From an uncultured Methanoregulaceae archaeon (GTDB taxonomy: Archaea > Halobacteriota > Methanomicrobia > Methanomicrobiales > Methanospirillaceae), in contig OY970061.1 in the NCBI GenBank assembly GCA_963705255.1, forward strand, positions 2,176,001 through 2,240,000: a stretch of 64,000 nt of DNA, in the 5' to 3' direction. This document shows positions 18,551 through 28,850 of the stretch, in pieces. How positions within the stretch are numbered: position 1 is the stretch's first letter; each line of letters begins with the position of its first letter. The translations under genes and the position numbers were made by a program. The notes beneath the pieces are model-generated. The model saw nothing but the letters and a program-made list of their open reading frames with translations, was not told where the DNA came from and did no database searches.

Positions 18551-19430
18551 TTAATCGTCTGCCAGCAGGCTCTTCCGGTCCCGGACCCGGAGGTTTGCCG
18601 CAAAAGTGCGGGCGAGCAGGGGGTTCACCGTCTGCGGGGGCAGGCCGATGACTGCGGCGGTTTTTCTGGTGAGTTCCATAGGGTCGCGTGAGTTATACCC
18701 GGCACTCGAAAGCACGGCCTCATGGATCGTCTGGAGATATTCAAGTGCCTGGTTCATCTGCCGGTACGCCTCCTCACCTTCCCTCGGCTCGTCCCATGCT
18801 GAGAGAAGAACCTGGATGCCAGGAAGTCCCCGGAGCCGTCTTACTGACTGAACGGATGCGAGGGCATCGTCATAGACCGGCAGATCCCCGGTCACGGGTA
18901 TCACGTCGCCGGAGAAGAGCGCCCCCTCGCTGTGAAGGAAGAGCGAGATGGACCCTGCAGAATGGCCCGGGGTGTGGAACACCTGCATGTCGCACGTCAT
19001 GCAATCATCCGGCTCTATCGAGTCCCCGTCTACAAGTTCGTGATCGAGCTGCACCGATCCTCCGACCAGCGTGGAAAAACCCGGCACCGGCCGCTCGCGG
19101 TTCTGGAGTTCGACATCTTCGATCCACGCCCGTTCAGCCGGGTGTGCCGCAACGCTGCATCCGGTTACCTTTTGGATTGCCCGGGCCGCGCCGATATGGT
19201 CGGGGTGCGAGTGGGTCAGGACGATGAGGGCAATCTCCGAAGGGTCGCGGCCGGTGGACCGGATATACCCGAAGATCTGCGTCTCGCAACCCGCTACTCC
19301 GGTGTCAATGAGGGTGATCGTCTCGCCATAAACGAGGTACCAGGTACACGAACCGGTCAAGTGCGATGCCGGGGCCGACAGGCACCCTGAACGGGTGCCG
19401 GAGTGCATGGATGACCGGGGTGACCTGCAT
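18551..19430 (-). CDS. MBL-fold metallo-hydrolase (frameshift near 19345)
   Basis: LIDTG, THSHPDHIG, TPGHS and FSGD motifs. True N-terminus MQVTPVIHALRHPF lies in another frame. Confidence 0.85.
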
Positions 19431-19512
19431 GGGATCTCCTTGTGGGGGAATATTTGGCGGGGAAAGGTATATTGGTGAGGGCTGGGGGATCGGATCGCGT
19501 TTGAAAAAAAGT

Positions 19513-19763
19513 GGGGGGGTTACCCCCTCCGGAAAAAGTATAGATGGGGGAGGTCAGCGGTTGACCCCCCTCCTCAACCAAGAGTAACGTACGTTTTTGC
19601 GCAGCCGTCACGGCATCGCTTCACGTGGAACTACCGGCGTCAGCAGTAAAAACCGCAAGGTAACCAGAAATGAGTAGGGAATCAGAATTTCCTGAAGGGG
19701 TTGGGGGTACCACCCCTCCGGGTACCGGGTTTTGCCGGGCCCAAAAGGGAGGGGTTGGCAACC
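19513..19763. repeat. Cluster of GGGG-loop-CCCCTCC hairpins in the divergent intergenic region
   Basis: Hairpins at 19513-19530, 19546-19573 and 19697-19719, plus a reverse half GGGAGGGG at 19747. Confidence 0.55.
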
Positions 19764-19816
19764 TAAAAGAAGAATATCAAATGCGAACCAATCTTTGGTA
19801 CGAGGAGAATTACGGT

Positions 19817-20449
19817 ATGCCAGTAAAAGAACCGATAAGCAAGGTCAACCTTGAACGTCTCACCAACGGCATCTATGCCTTCACTATGACGCTCATGATC
19901 CGGAATATCCAGACCCCCCCGGCCGGCACGCTCATCGACACCGCCTCCCTCTTCCGGTTCATCGACACCACGGTGCTGACCGGCATTGACTTCATCGGGG
20001 CGTTCATCATCCTTGGCATGTTCTGGCTCTTTTACTTCCAGATGTTCCACCGGATGAAAACCTTCGATTACCGGTTCCTCTACATCCACATCTTCTCCCT
20101 CATGATCGTTGTCTTCGTCCCGTTCACCCAGTCCTTTACTTCGGAAAGCACCAATATCAAAGTCGCCGATATCCTGTTCCAGTTCAACTATCTTGCCCTC
20201 AGTATCTTGCTCGTTTATGCATGGAATTATGCCAGCAGGACGAACCCGTCCCTTCTCGTCCCGGAACTGACCGGCCCCGAAGCTTCGTTCCTCATGAAAA
20301 AGTTCCTTGTTCCCCTCGGGGTTGCAGTCCTCGGGATCGTCATCCTCATGTTGGGATTCCCGTTCTTTGACATCCTCTATCTCTTCCCGTTCGTCATCCT
20401 TGCGGTCTTCTTCCGGCATCCCCCGGGCATACCGGAAAAAGTTGTGTGA
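19817..20449 (+). CDS. TMEM175/DUF1211-family putative K+ channel
   Basis: NLERLTNGIYAFTMTLM helix-1 signature, about 6 TM segments, VFVPFT, and a GAGGAG SD. Confidence 0.8.
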   Translation: MPVKEPISKVNLERLTNGIYAFTMTLMIRNIQTPPAGTLIDTASLFRFIDTTVLTGIDFIGAFIILGMFWLFYFQMFHRMKTFDYRFLYIHIFSLMIVVFVPFTQSFTSESTNIKVADILFQFNYLALSILLVYAWNYASRTNPSLLVPELTGPEASFLMKKFLVPLGVAVLGIVILMLGFPFFDILYLFPFVILAVFFRHPPGIPEKVV

Positions 20450-20635
20450 GTGGGAATCCCCCCCGGACCCTGTCCTGTATGGCAACTGCCGGAATTACAC
20501 CACTATGCAATGGATTGTCATACTATTGAGAAATATGACATGAATATAGATACCCCTTTATTTCCTGTGGAAACGTTCAGGAATAAAATGGTTGTCTTTG
20601 TACCCGGGACTAATGGAACGCGTACAAAACAGAGA

Positions 20636-20709
20636 TGGGCCCGTCGTGATTCGAACACGAGATCTTCGCCGTGTGAAGGCGACGTCATAGCCAACTAGAC
20701 CACGAGCCC
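20636..20709 (-). tRNA. tRNA-Val(CAC)
   Basis: GGGCTCG...TCGCC-TTCACAC-GGCGA...GTTCGAATC...CGGGCCCA cloverleaf. Confidence 0.95.
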
Positions 20710-20712
20710 GCA

Positions 20713-20783
20713 TGCATCGACCGGGAATCGAACCCGGGCTATAGGCTTGGAAGGCCTAAGTCATGCCTCTAGACCATCGATGC
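20713..20783 (-). tRNA. tRNA-Gly(TCC)
   Basis: GCATCGA...TAGGC-CTTCCAA-GCCTA...GTTCGATTC...TCGATGCA cloverleaf. Confidence 0.95.
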
Positions 20784-20949
20784 ACTGTGCTCTACAATTT
20801 TGGCGGCGAGCTGTATTAATAATTGTCACCGGCATTCCTGGCCCTGCAGCAGTGTCCCTGGGAAGTCCCCCTGCCGTATTGGGAGTACCCGGACTCATAT
20901 TCATCCGGCAGATAGGTACAATACCGGAAACCTCCTGCAGAGAAATGGA

Positions 20950-21969
20950 TTATTTTTGATGAGCTGCCGGAGGCACCTGCCATTCCGGCACCGCTGCCGC
21001 AACGAACGCGATCAGAGGGCCGATGACCAGTCCCGCCCAGAACACAAGCCCGAGCGCCCCGATCAGCACCAGGAAAACCCGGTTGCGCAGGGAACGCAGG
21101 GCAGGTGATCGTGCCATACGTAGCATCCAGAGTCCCAGCACGATCGGAATGAGTGAAAAGACCAGTGTCACTGCTACAGCGGGAGACGGGCCGGTCATCC
21201 TCAGTGTCCGGCCCATCTGTACAAGGGTGATCGCCGCCCCGCCAAGATAGAACAATCCGGCACAGCTTGCAAGCCAGAACGGAAGTGAGGGCGTATTGCC
21301 CTTCCGGTGTTCACGCCGGGCGATCAGGACCAGGCCGAACACAATCACGGCAAGAAACGGTGCGACGACCGCTATGTCAGACTGCCCCTCCCAGAGGTGC
21401 GTTGAGATCCCATCGACGGGCACAAGAACCCACTCAGCAGGAGTAAACTCCTCCAGGTACCCTACCGTGAGGCTGTACCGGGTTTCGTCAGCCGGGCTGA
21501 TGACCGCGACATAGTAGGTTCCCGGTGCCATGATCTGCTGCGAGTAGTTCGCAACTTCAAAAACTGCACTTGGGGAAAACGGTTCGTAGTCTGCATGGCC
21601 GGGTTTCTGCCCGCTGACAATCACTGCAGCATACCCGGCAGGGATCGTGACCTGTGCTGGAATGCTGGCCAGATCTGCGACCTTTGCGGGACTCATAATG
21701 ATCATCTCCGGTAGAGGCGTGTCATAGCCGGGTGTCATAAGGGAGAGCGAGAGCCGGTCACCGGCCTTCATGCTGAACCGGTAATAGGTTACGTCCCCGG
21801 CACGATGGAGATCGCTATAGATGACATAGGATTTTACCGGGTTTTCCACGGAAAATGCCGCGTTGGCATTGTCGTTATTATCGGCACTGACCGTCACATG
21901 GGCCTGCACCGGCAGGAAAAGGAGGAGGATGAGCAGGAACAGGAGCGGGAGGGACCATCCGCGGATCAT
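20950..21969 (-). CDS. Hypothetical protein: signal peptide, extracellular beta domain, about 5 C-terminal TM helices
   Basis: Hydrophobic leader ending VQA/H, beta-rich segment (YEPFS, GTYYVAV) and a hydrophobic C-terminus. Confidence 0.7.
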   Translation of the reverse strand: MIRGWSLPLLFLLILLLFLPVQAHVTVSADNNDNANAAFSVENPVKSYVIYSDLHRAGDVTYYRFSMKAGDRLSLSLMTPGYDTPLPEMIIMSPAKVADLASIPAQVTIPAGYAAVIVSGQKPGHADYEPFSPSAVFEVANYSQQIMAPGTYYVAVISPADETRYSLTVGYLEEFTPAEWVLVPVDGISTHLWEGQSDIAVVAPFLAVIVFGLVLIARREHRKGNTPSLPFWLASCAGLFYLGGAAITLVQMGRTLRMTGPSPAVAVTLVFSLIPIVLGLWMLRMARSPALRSLRNRVFLVLIGALGLVFWAGLVIGPLIAFVAAAVPEWQVPPAAHQK

Positions 21970-22111
21970 AGTGAGAGCGTCGTCTATGGTACCATATAAA
22001 CCTGAACGATGCAAGCCCGGGCGGTACGACACCGGTTATCACCGATGGAAACTGCATGAACCGTGTACGGTGCAGTCAGCGCAGGGAAAAAAGTATCGGT
22101 ATCCGGGGTTA

Positions 22112-22997
22112 TCAGAATCCGCGGAGTTCAGCCTCGACTTTCTCGAGGTTGGCGATCCGCTTTTCAAGCGGCGGGTGGGTGGAGAACAGTTCCATGATCG
22201 TGTTGCCTGAAAGTGCCGGAATGATAAAAAACGCATTCGCGCCCTCCACTTTGGCCTTTGCCTGGACCGGGACCATGTCCATCCTGCCGCTGATCTTGTT
22301 CAGCGCGGAGATGAGCGCACGGGGATTTTTCGTTATGAGTGCGCTGCCCCGGTCTGCAGCAAATTCGCGGTAGCGCGAGAGCGCGAGGATGAGCAGGGTG
22401 CTGACCGCATACACGATGATCGAGACGATCCAGATGATGACCCCTGCCCCGCCGTTCTTCTGGTTGTTACCCCCGAAGAGCGCGGAGAAGAAGAAGCTCT
22501 GCATGATCATCGCGGCGATCATCGCAATAAAACTGGCGAGCGTCATGGTCAGGATATCGCGGTTCTTCACATGCGAGAGCTCGTGGGCGAGAACTGCCTC
22601 GAGTTCATCCTTGTTCAGGAGGCGCATGATCGAATCCGTGCACGCCACGACCGCATGCTTCGGGCTCCTGCCGGTGGCAAACGCGTTTGGGACCGGGCTC
22701 TGCATGATCGCGATCTTCGGCATGGGAAGGTCAGACCTCTTTACAGAGTTTCTCAACGGTCCGGTGGAGGTCGGGATATTCGTCCTCTGCTATGATGCGT
22801 GCCCCTGTTGTCCAGAGCACCATCCTGTCAGAGAAGAAGTACTGGACCAGTCCTATCCCAACTGCAAGGAGGACTATCAGCCAGTACCCGGCTCCGAACG
22901 CCAATAGCACCGTCATGAAGACAAGGTAGAGTATCAGCAGCAATAATCCTGTCAGCCAGACTCTGGCCGTCAGCCCCCAGTCACGTTTCCATTCCAT
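22112..22997 (-). CDS. htpX: Zinc metalloprotease HtpX (frameshift near 22740)
   Basis: PNAFATG, AHELSH, SRYREFAAD and FSTHP motifs. N-terminus is in ORF 22731-23042. Confidence 0.92.
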
Positions 22998-23179
22998 AGT
23001 TGGTACATGTTTGAAACCCCGCGCTCTTAAACCATTCGACAATTACAATACACGGCGTCATTTCAACGTCATTCCGGACCTTTTCTCCAGACTTTCAAAC
23101 CGTGGAAGTGGAAAAATAAGCACCCTGATCGCAGGATCAATACAGAAACTATTTTTTTGCTGACACCAGACGGGTACTC

Positions 23180-23830
23180 ATGGCTGAAGTCGATCCCGAA
23201 GCGCTGGCTGACGTGGCATACGGCATCTTCGAGCACCTCCTGAACCGCGGGCTGCAGGCAGAAGGAAGATACCTGTACGCACTGGTAGAAGGAGGCCTTG
23301 ACTTCAGAGCGGATCTCTCCGCGATTTTCGGGAAATTCAAAGAAGAGTACCCCCAGCTCGGAGATGCCATGCTGAACCGGTTCTCAGGCCTCGATACCAT
23401 CTACCAGATGCTCTGCAGTGGTGAAGGTGTCGTTCCCTCTAAGACCACGCAGATGTACTGGGTCGTGCTGGACGCTCCCGGCAGTGCGCCCGAAGCCATC
23501 GAAGACGAGAAGGCGGGGAAATGGCTCATCTTCCAGGAACCGGATCAGGTGGATGCGGCCTGGAAAAAGGTGCGTGACGCTACGGTTGCTCTCGAACTTG
23601 GGATCTCCGCCAAGGTAAGCACGGCAAAACCCAATCCCGACTCCCGCGACAACCGCAAAGTCATCTATGTCTACACAAAAGACTGGGCCGATGAGAGCGA
23701 TGTAATGAGGGTGCGGGAAAAACTCCGTGAGCTGGGCTTTGTCGACCGCATCGGGTACAAGCGTAACATCGAGACATTCGCCGGGGAATATGCCAAGAAA
23801 GGCAAGCGGGTCACATATTACTCGGCATAA
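23180..23830 (+). CDS. DUF1917-like (eIF4E-like fold) protein with N-terminal helical extension
   Basis: GKWLIF, AW, AKVST, VIYVYT and YK motifs. Confidence 0.75.
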   Translation: MAEVDPEALADVAYGIFEHLLNRGLQAEGRYLYALVEGGLDFRADLSAIFGKFKEEYPQLGDAMLNRFSGLDTIYQMLCSGEGVVPSKTTQMYWVVLDAPGSAPEAIEDEKAGKWLIFQEPDQVDAAWKKVRDATVALELGISAKVSTAKPNPDSRDNRKVIYVYTKDWADESDVMRVREKLRELGFVDRIGYKRNIETFAGEYAKKGKRVTYYSA

Positions 23831-23860
23831 ATGTCGGAAAACTCCTCTTTTTGTTTTTTG

Positions 23861-24221
23861 GGTTCTGTTGAAATCCTATTTTTCTGATCATTTGCTTGTA
23901 TTCTGTTGCGGCTAGGATGGTGACCCCCCTCCGTCAAGTCGAAGAACTCTGACGAGTTCTTCTCCAGCCTGCTCTTCCCTTCGGGAACAGCAGTCTCCCC
24001 AGAGGGGGAGGCATCCCAAGGGGAGCATCCCCTTGAATCTCTGAGAGGTTTTCAGACTTCGAAGAGGAGAAGATTTACAAAGTAAATCTTCGACCCCTTT
24101 TTTTCGGGTTTTTTCATCAACCTTCTGGGGAACTATCCCAATATGGGGGATGCAGCCATTGCCAAAGGCATGGCAGACCCCAAGAGCGACTGCTTGTCTC
24201 TCTGAGGATTTCAACAAAGCC
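23861..24221. mobile_element. MITE copy B (361 bp, complete)
   Basis: TIRs GGTTCTGTTGAAATCCT / AGGATTTCAACAAAGCC (15/17). Flanks GTTTTTTG / GTTTTTAG (7/8 target duplication). Confidence 0.88.
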
Positions 24222-24578
24222 GTTTTTAGGTATAATCCGGTGCTATAGGTAGTATCCGGTTTTCCCGCTTGGTCCCTTTCTGCAGATGCCAGCCAGATCA
24301 AGGTTTTAAATCTCGTTAAATCCTTCGTAATCTCTTTAAGATTTGTCTCTCCCCCGAGTGATGGTGGTTTGTATTCAATTGCACCTTCCGCCGAAAAATT
24401 GTCTTCGGAAACCGGAACTCCTACTGTCCTGCCGATGCCTAGCTCGATAACGTCACCAAAGGGATTAGCCAACCTCTCTTTGACATCGATCCCGGCTGTC
24501 GAAAGTACCGGGGGAACCCGGATAAAAAGGCCGTGAAAAATTCGGGAAAAACAAAAAAAGACGTATAGATTTGTTTGA

Positions 24579-24725
24579 TTACGCTTTTCGTTCCTTGTTC
24601 TTGGGGCGCAGGTTCTGATAGCCGCACTTGCGGCAGCTGGTTGCGCGGATTGCATTGCGTGCATTGCAATGCATGCATATCTTCACGTTGAGTAACCGGG
24701 CTTCGGCTTCGGGGAACTTTGCCAT
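24579..24725 (-). CDS. rpl40e: 50S ribosomal protein L40e
   Basis: Read manually: [48 protein letters not shown]. Confidence 0.96.
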   Translation of the reverse strand: MAKFPEAEARLLNVKICMHCNARNAIRATSCRKCGYQNLRPKNKERKA

Positions 24726-24770
24726 TATTGAACACTCCTGTCTGCCCTTATAACAAAGCTGTAAGACTTC

Positions 24771-25340
24771 TTAACCGTTTGTGTCAATGGCCGCCCGGTA
24801 TTCAGCCACGAACCAGTCACGGAAAGCGGCAAGTGCACGGGTACGGTGGGACATCGTGCTTTTCTCTTCAATGGGGAGCTCGGCAAGCGTCTTTCCTCCG
24901 ACTTCGAAGATCGGATCATAGCCAAACCCCCCGGTCCCACGCAGGGCATACGTTATCCGCCCTTCGATGGTTCCTTTGAAAACCCGAACCCCCTCTTCAC
25001 CAGCAAACGCGATGGCAGTGATGAACCGGGCAGTGCGATCCGTTTTCCCTTCCATCAGCTTAAGAATACCTGCATTCCCGATCGAATGCAGGGCGTACGC
25101 TGCATAGGGTCCGGGAAACCCGGAGAGAGCATCGATGAAAAGACCGGTATCGTCAACAAGAATGGGGGTTTTCAGCCGCTCGTAGGCATACTGCGCCTTG
25201 CCCCGGGCGATCTCACCCACGTCGTCAGAGTGGTGCTCGGGTATTGCAAGGGCAACATGGGCAACTTCGACTAATCCCCCGAAAAATGCTGCAACTTCTT
25301 TCGCTTTCCCCTCGTTGCTGGTTACCATTGTTACCTTCAC
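24771..25340 (-). CDS. rdgB: Non-canonical purine NTP pyrophosphatase (RdgB/HAM1)
   Basis: TSNEGK, DDTGL, GFPGPY, GFGYDPIF and SHR motifs. Confidence 0.93.
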   Translation of the reverse strand: MKVTMVTSNEGKAKEVAAFFGGLVEVAHVALAIPEHHSDDVGEIARGKAQYAYERLKTPILVDDTGLFIDALSGFPGPYAAYALHSIGNAGILKLMEGKTDRTARFITAIAFAGEEGVRVFKGTIEGRITYALRGTGGFGYDPIFEVGGKTLAELPIEEKSTMSHRTRALAAFRDWFVAEYRAAIDTNG

Positions 25341-26920
25341 AGGTATCTCCCCCGCAGTTCGATCTCGTGCTCCCGGGCAATGACATCACCGGCGCCGGTA
25401 AACGTTTCGGCGTATCCCTTCGCAAATGCATCTTTCAGGGATGCAGCACGATCAGGTGCCGTGCTCTCAAACGTCTGGTACATGACGTGGAGGTCCACCC
25501 CCCGCTGCTCGATCTCCGTTGTCACTTGTGCGAGACCGAAATCGATCAGCACGCATTTCCCGTCGCTCTGGCGCAGGATCAGGTTGCTCGTGGTCAGGTC
25601 ACCGTGCATGATGCCTGCCGCGTGAAGCCGGCCGACCATCCTCCCGGCTTCGCGGGCATTCACATCCGTAAGATCCCGGGTGAGGAGTATACCGGTGATC
25701 TGTTCCATAACGATAGTGTCTGCCATGATATCCCGTATGACTGGTGTCGGAACGCCGCCTTTTCGTGCAGCATGGATGAGACGTGCTTCAGCACGTGTCC
25801 GCTCGCTGATCAGGCGTTTGTCGAGTGCAGGCACCCGGTACCGTTTCGGGACACGGCGTTTCTCTGCAAAACCGTCCCGGAACGTAACGATTGCTTCAGC
25901 GCCACGTCGTGATGTTCCATCGGAATCATGAACCGCTGAGGAAGAACGGGCCAGGTCCTGCCTCCAGGTAACCTCCACCTCATCAGAGCGGAAGGAGGGA
26001 TTGATCTGCGATGATTCAACGGGAAAGGAAACCCCGCTTTCGAGCATGAGTTTCCCGGTGTAAGCGATCATCGCCCCGTTGTCCCCGAGGTATTTCTGCT
26101 CGGGTACAAAGAACCGTGCCCCCCGGTCCTCGCACATCACTCTCAGCATTTCCTGCAGCCGCCGGTTTGCCCCGACACCCCCGACAAGGAGTACTTCATT
26201 CTTTCCGGCAAGCGACATCGCCCTCTCAGTAACTTCCACGCACATTGCAAACGCGGTCTCCTGCAGGCTGTAGCAGACATCGGGGAGTGGTGCCCTGCAG
26301 TCCTTTGCAGCGGATATCAGCCCGGAGAAGGCGAGGTCCATACCCTTGACCGTGTAGGGCAATTCGATATAGCTCCCGTCTTTTGCCTGTGTTTCGATGA
26401 TCGGGCCGCCGGGATGTGGGAAATCTTTCGCTCGCGCGAATTTGTCGAGCGCATTTCCGATCCCGATATCGAGCGTTTCGCCAAAGATCCTGTACCGCCC
26501 GTTCAGGTACCCGATTACCTGGGTATTGGCCCCGCTCGCATACAGGACAACCGGGTCCCTGCATCCGGTTGCATAGCACCCGATCTCCACATGGGCAACG
26601 CAGTGGTTAACACCTACCAGGGGGACATCAAGGGCGAGCGCAAGCGATCGTGCAGCCGTAGCGACGGTCCTGAGGCATGGCCCGAGGCCCGGCCCCTGTG
26701 AGAATGCGATACCGGTAATCTTTTCCGGTTCCCTGAGCACCGACCCGATGAGATCTTTCATGACGAGCGCGTGGTGCTGCGCTGCCTCGCGCGGGTGGAT
26801 ACCTCCCTGTGCAGGGCTGTACGGGTGTGAAGCAAGAGATACGAGATCCCGGTCAAAAACAGCGGCGCTGAGGTTCCAGGCAGTCCCCTCAATCCCGAGT
26901 ATCTGCCCAAAAGCAGGCAT
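25337..26920 (-). CDS. kae1: Bifunctional Kae1/Bud32 (t6A synthase/kinase)
   Basis: GPGLGP, HCVAHVE and DNGAMIA, fused to a kinase with GAEA, HGDLTTSN and IDFGL. Confidence 0.95.
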   Translation of the reverse strand: MPAFGQILGIEGTAWNLSAAVFDRDLVSLASHPYSPAQGGIHPREAAQHHALVMKDLIGSVLREPEKITGIAFSQGPGLGPCLRTVATAARSLALALDVPLVGVNHCVAHVEIGCYATGCRDPVVLYASGANTQVIGYLNGRYRIFGETLDIGIGNALDKFARAKDFPHPGGPIIETQAKDGSYIELPYTVKGMDLAFSGLISAAKDCRAPLPDVCYSLQETAFAMCVEVTERAMSLAGKNEVLLVGGVGANRRLQEMLRVMCEDRGARFFVPEQKYLGDNGAMIAYTGKLMLESGVSFPVESSQINPSFRSDEVEVTWRQDLARSSSAVHDSDGTSRRGAEAIVTFRDGFAEKRRVPKRYRVPALDKRLISERTRAEARLIHAARKGGVPTPVIRDIMADTIVMEQITGILLTRDLTDVNAREAGRMVGRLHAAGIMHGDLTTSNLILRQSDGKCVLIDFGLAQVTTEIEQRGVDLHVMYQTFESTAPDRAASLKDAFAKGYAETFTGAGDVIAREHEIELRGRYL

Positions 26921-26926
26921 TGATGG

Positions 26927-27112
26927 TTATTTTCTGAATTCAGTATATCCGCACTTGCCGCAGGTTGTCCGGTCCTTGTGGTCCGCCATCATGACACCGG
27001 GTCCGCAGCGCGGGCAGTATTTCTTTGACGTGGTGACCTTTGTGCCTTCAACCTTGAAGTGCGAGCCCCTATTGGGTCCCTTCGCCGCTGCCGCTTTCTT
27101 TGCTGCCGCCAT
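26927..27112 (-). CDS. rps27ae: 30S ribosomal protein S27ae
   Basis: [27 protein letters not shown]. Confidence 0.95.
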   Translation of the reverse strand: MAAAKKAAAAKGPNRGSHFKVEGTKVTTSKKYCPRCGPGVMMADHKDRTTCGKCGYTEFRK

Positions 27113-27114
27113 TC

Positions 27115-27414
27115 TTACGCAGCTCCCTCTTCCTTAGGCTTGGGCTGGCCGCGCGCTGCGAGGTGCGGGCGCTCGGTCTTGTTCCTGCCTTCTTCTGAAT
27201 CATAGATTCGTGCCGAACCGGTAATTTCTGTTTTGCCAAAACTGCTGTGCAGCGTATCAAGGGTGATCTGGTGCTCTTTCACATTGAGCAGGGCACAGAG
27301 TTTGCCGATAATCTGCATGCGGGAGGGGGTTGCACCATCGTATTTGAGGGTAAACTGAACCTCTCTTCTGGATAAAAGTTCATTCTTTTTATCACTGGTG
27401 ATCTCAAAGTCCAT
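27115..27414 (-). CDS. rps24e: 30S ribosomal protein S24e
   Basis: [21 protein letters not shown]. Confidence 0.95.
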   Translation of the reverse strand: MDFEITSDKKNELLSRREVQFTLKYDGATPSRMQIIGKLCALLNVKEHQITLDTLHSSFGKTEITGSARIYDSEEGRNKTERPHLAARGQPKPKEEGAA

Positions 27415-27480
27415 CGATATCCTGTAATTATTGGGAACCGGGTTATTTAAAATATGACCTTTGTCACAAGCCCCAAGCGC

Positions 27481-28011
27481 TCATATATCATCCGTTAACC
27501 CGCCCGGGGCAGTTAACTCTATTTCCCGGTCCCGGGTAAAATGCTCAAGAAAGTGCCGCGCGGTCTTTCGGGCTTCAGGTGTGACGGTACGCATGACAAC
27601 ACCTTCATGCGGCTGCCCGTACAGCACGATTCCTCCGGCCGGGGCGGCGAGCACCATGGGTATTACCGCAAGGTCTTCCTCACCGTCCACGAGGATCGTT
27701 GCCGGCGGGTGGGCAACAGCATGATCGATTGCACGGATCAGGTCATCCGTCAGCGATCCCGCAGGATTTTTTACCTGGATGCATTCCCCGGTAAGTTCCG
27801 GCATCCTGCTGCAGGGAGATCGCATGGTATATCCATCGACAACCGCGACAACTGGCCTGATACCGTTCTTCTGGAGATTATGGGTGACGACATCTCCGAC
27901 AGCGTATACAGGGTTGAGCGCGAGCACCGGGAGGATCTCCTCAATGTTCTTGTGCAGTTCCCCGAATGGTTCCTTGAAGAGCCTGCGGTGCTCTTCGGGA
28001 AGCTTGAGCAT
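27481..28011 (-). CDS. GTP-dependent dephospho-CoA kinase (DUF359)
   Basis: VGDVVT, NPAG, VDGEEDL and YGQP motifs in the conserved gene context. Confidence 0.9.
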   Translation of the reverse strand: MLKLPEEHRRLFKEPFGELHKNIEEILPVLALNPVYAVGDVVTHNLQKNGIRPVVAVVDGYTMRSPCSRMPELTGECIQVKNPAGSLTDDLIRAIDHAVAHPPATILVDGEEDLAVIPMVLAAPAGGIVLYGQPHEGVVMRTVTPEARKTARHFLEHFTRDREIELTAPGGLTDDI

Positions 28012-28217
28012 CAGCGGACCTTCAGCGCATAACGGCCCGGCAGCTTGATATTCATTCGTTTTGCCACTTCGGAATTTTCCGGGTCAATGATAACAAGGTA
28101 GCCGGACCAGTCCTCGCTCAGGTTTGTTGTCCCGCAGACTACGCAGTTCTCACCTTCCACGACCCTGTGGCAGTCGCGGCAGACCTTTCCCTGTTTCTTC
28201 TTATTCGCCGGCGGCAT
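28011..28217 (-). CDS. spt4: Transcription elongation factor Spt4 (RpoE2)
   Basis: CRDC..CVVC..WSG..PGRYALKVR. Confidence 0.95.
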   Translation of the reverse strand: MPPANKKKQGKVCRDCHRVVEGENCVVCGTTNLSEDWSGYLVIIDPENSEVAKRMNIKLPGRYALKVR

Positions 28218-28842
28218 GCTCCTTCCTCTTGCTCTTTGCTTTCTCCGGCGCCCGTTCCTTTACGGGAACGGATGGCTGATTTGCTTTCTCTTTTTCCTTG
28301 TTCATCTCTTCTTCGAGCCAGAGCGCAGTGCCAAGTCCGGCCTGCCTCATCGTAAGTCCGATCTTGCTGTCGCGTGGTTCCCGTTCATTCAGGGAGAGGG
28401 TCACGACACGGACGCGGACAACGTCCCCCACCCCGATAAAGCGTTTGGATTCCTGGCAGATGAGACGTGCGTTCTTCTCATCGTAGTTGATGTATTCGTC
28501 CGAGATCTGGCTCACGTGCAGCATCGCATCGATAGGTCCGAGGCTGATAAATGCCCCGAAACTTGTCGTTTCGACAACAACTCCTTCTATTACCTCCTGC
28601 AACGCGAGCCTGAGCACCATCGCTTCAAACTTGACATCGTAATAAACACCGCCGTCACCGGGTACGAGTTCGCCTTCCCCGACGTCCTGCACCTTAGTTA
28701 CGCATATAAATATCCCGATCTCTTTGTCGATACTGCCCTCGAGCTGCTCCTGCAGGACATCGAGTATGACTTTTTCGAGTTTTTCGCCCAGCCTCTGGGG
28801 TGGCACCCTGACTTTATCCTCAAGCATCAGTTTATGGTACAT
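28201..28842 (-). CDS. rpoE1: RNA polymerase subunit Rpo7 (RpoE1)
   Basis: VRVPP, GDGGVY, S1 domain and IGLTMRQAGLG. Confidence 0.95.
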   Translation of the reverse strand: MYHKLMLEDKVRVPPQRLGEKLEKVILDVLQEQLEGSIDKEIGIFICVTKVQDVGEGELVPGDGGVYYDVKFEAMVLRLALQEVIEGVVVETTSFGAFISLGPIDAMLHVSQISDEYINYDEKNARLICQESKRFIGVGDVVRVRVVTLSLNEREPRDSKIGLTMRQAGLGTALWLEEEMNKEKEKANQPSVPVKERAPEKAKSKRKEHAAGE

Positions 28843-28850
28843 ACTTCATC

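Noticed and set aside
20636-20950. tRNA pair as an integration site for a genomic island
   Set aside because: No duplicated tRNA 3' end and no integrase were seen in the window.
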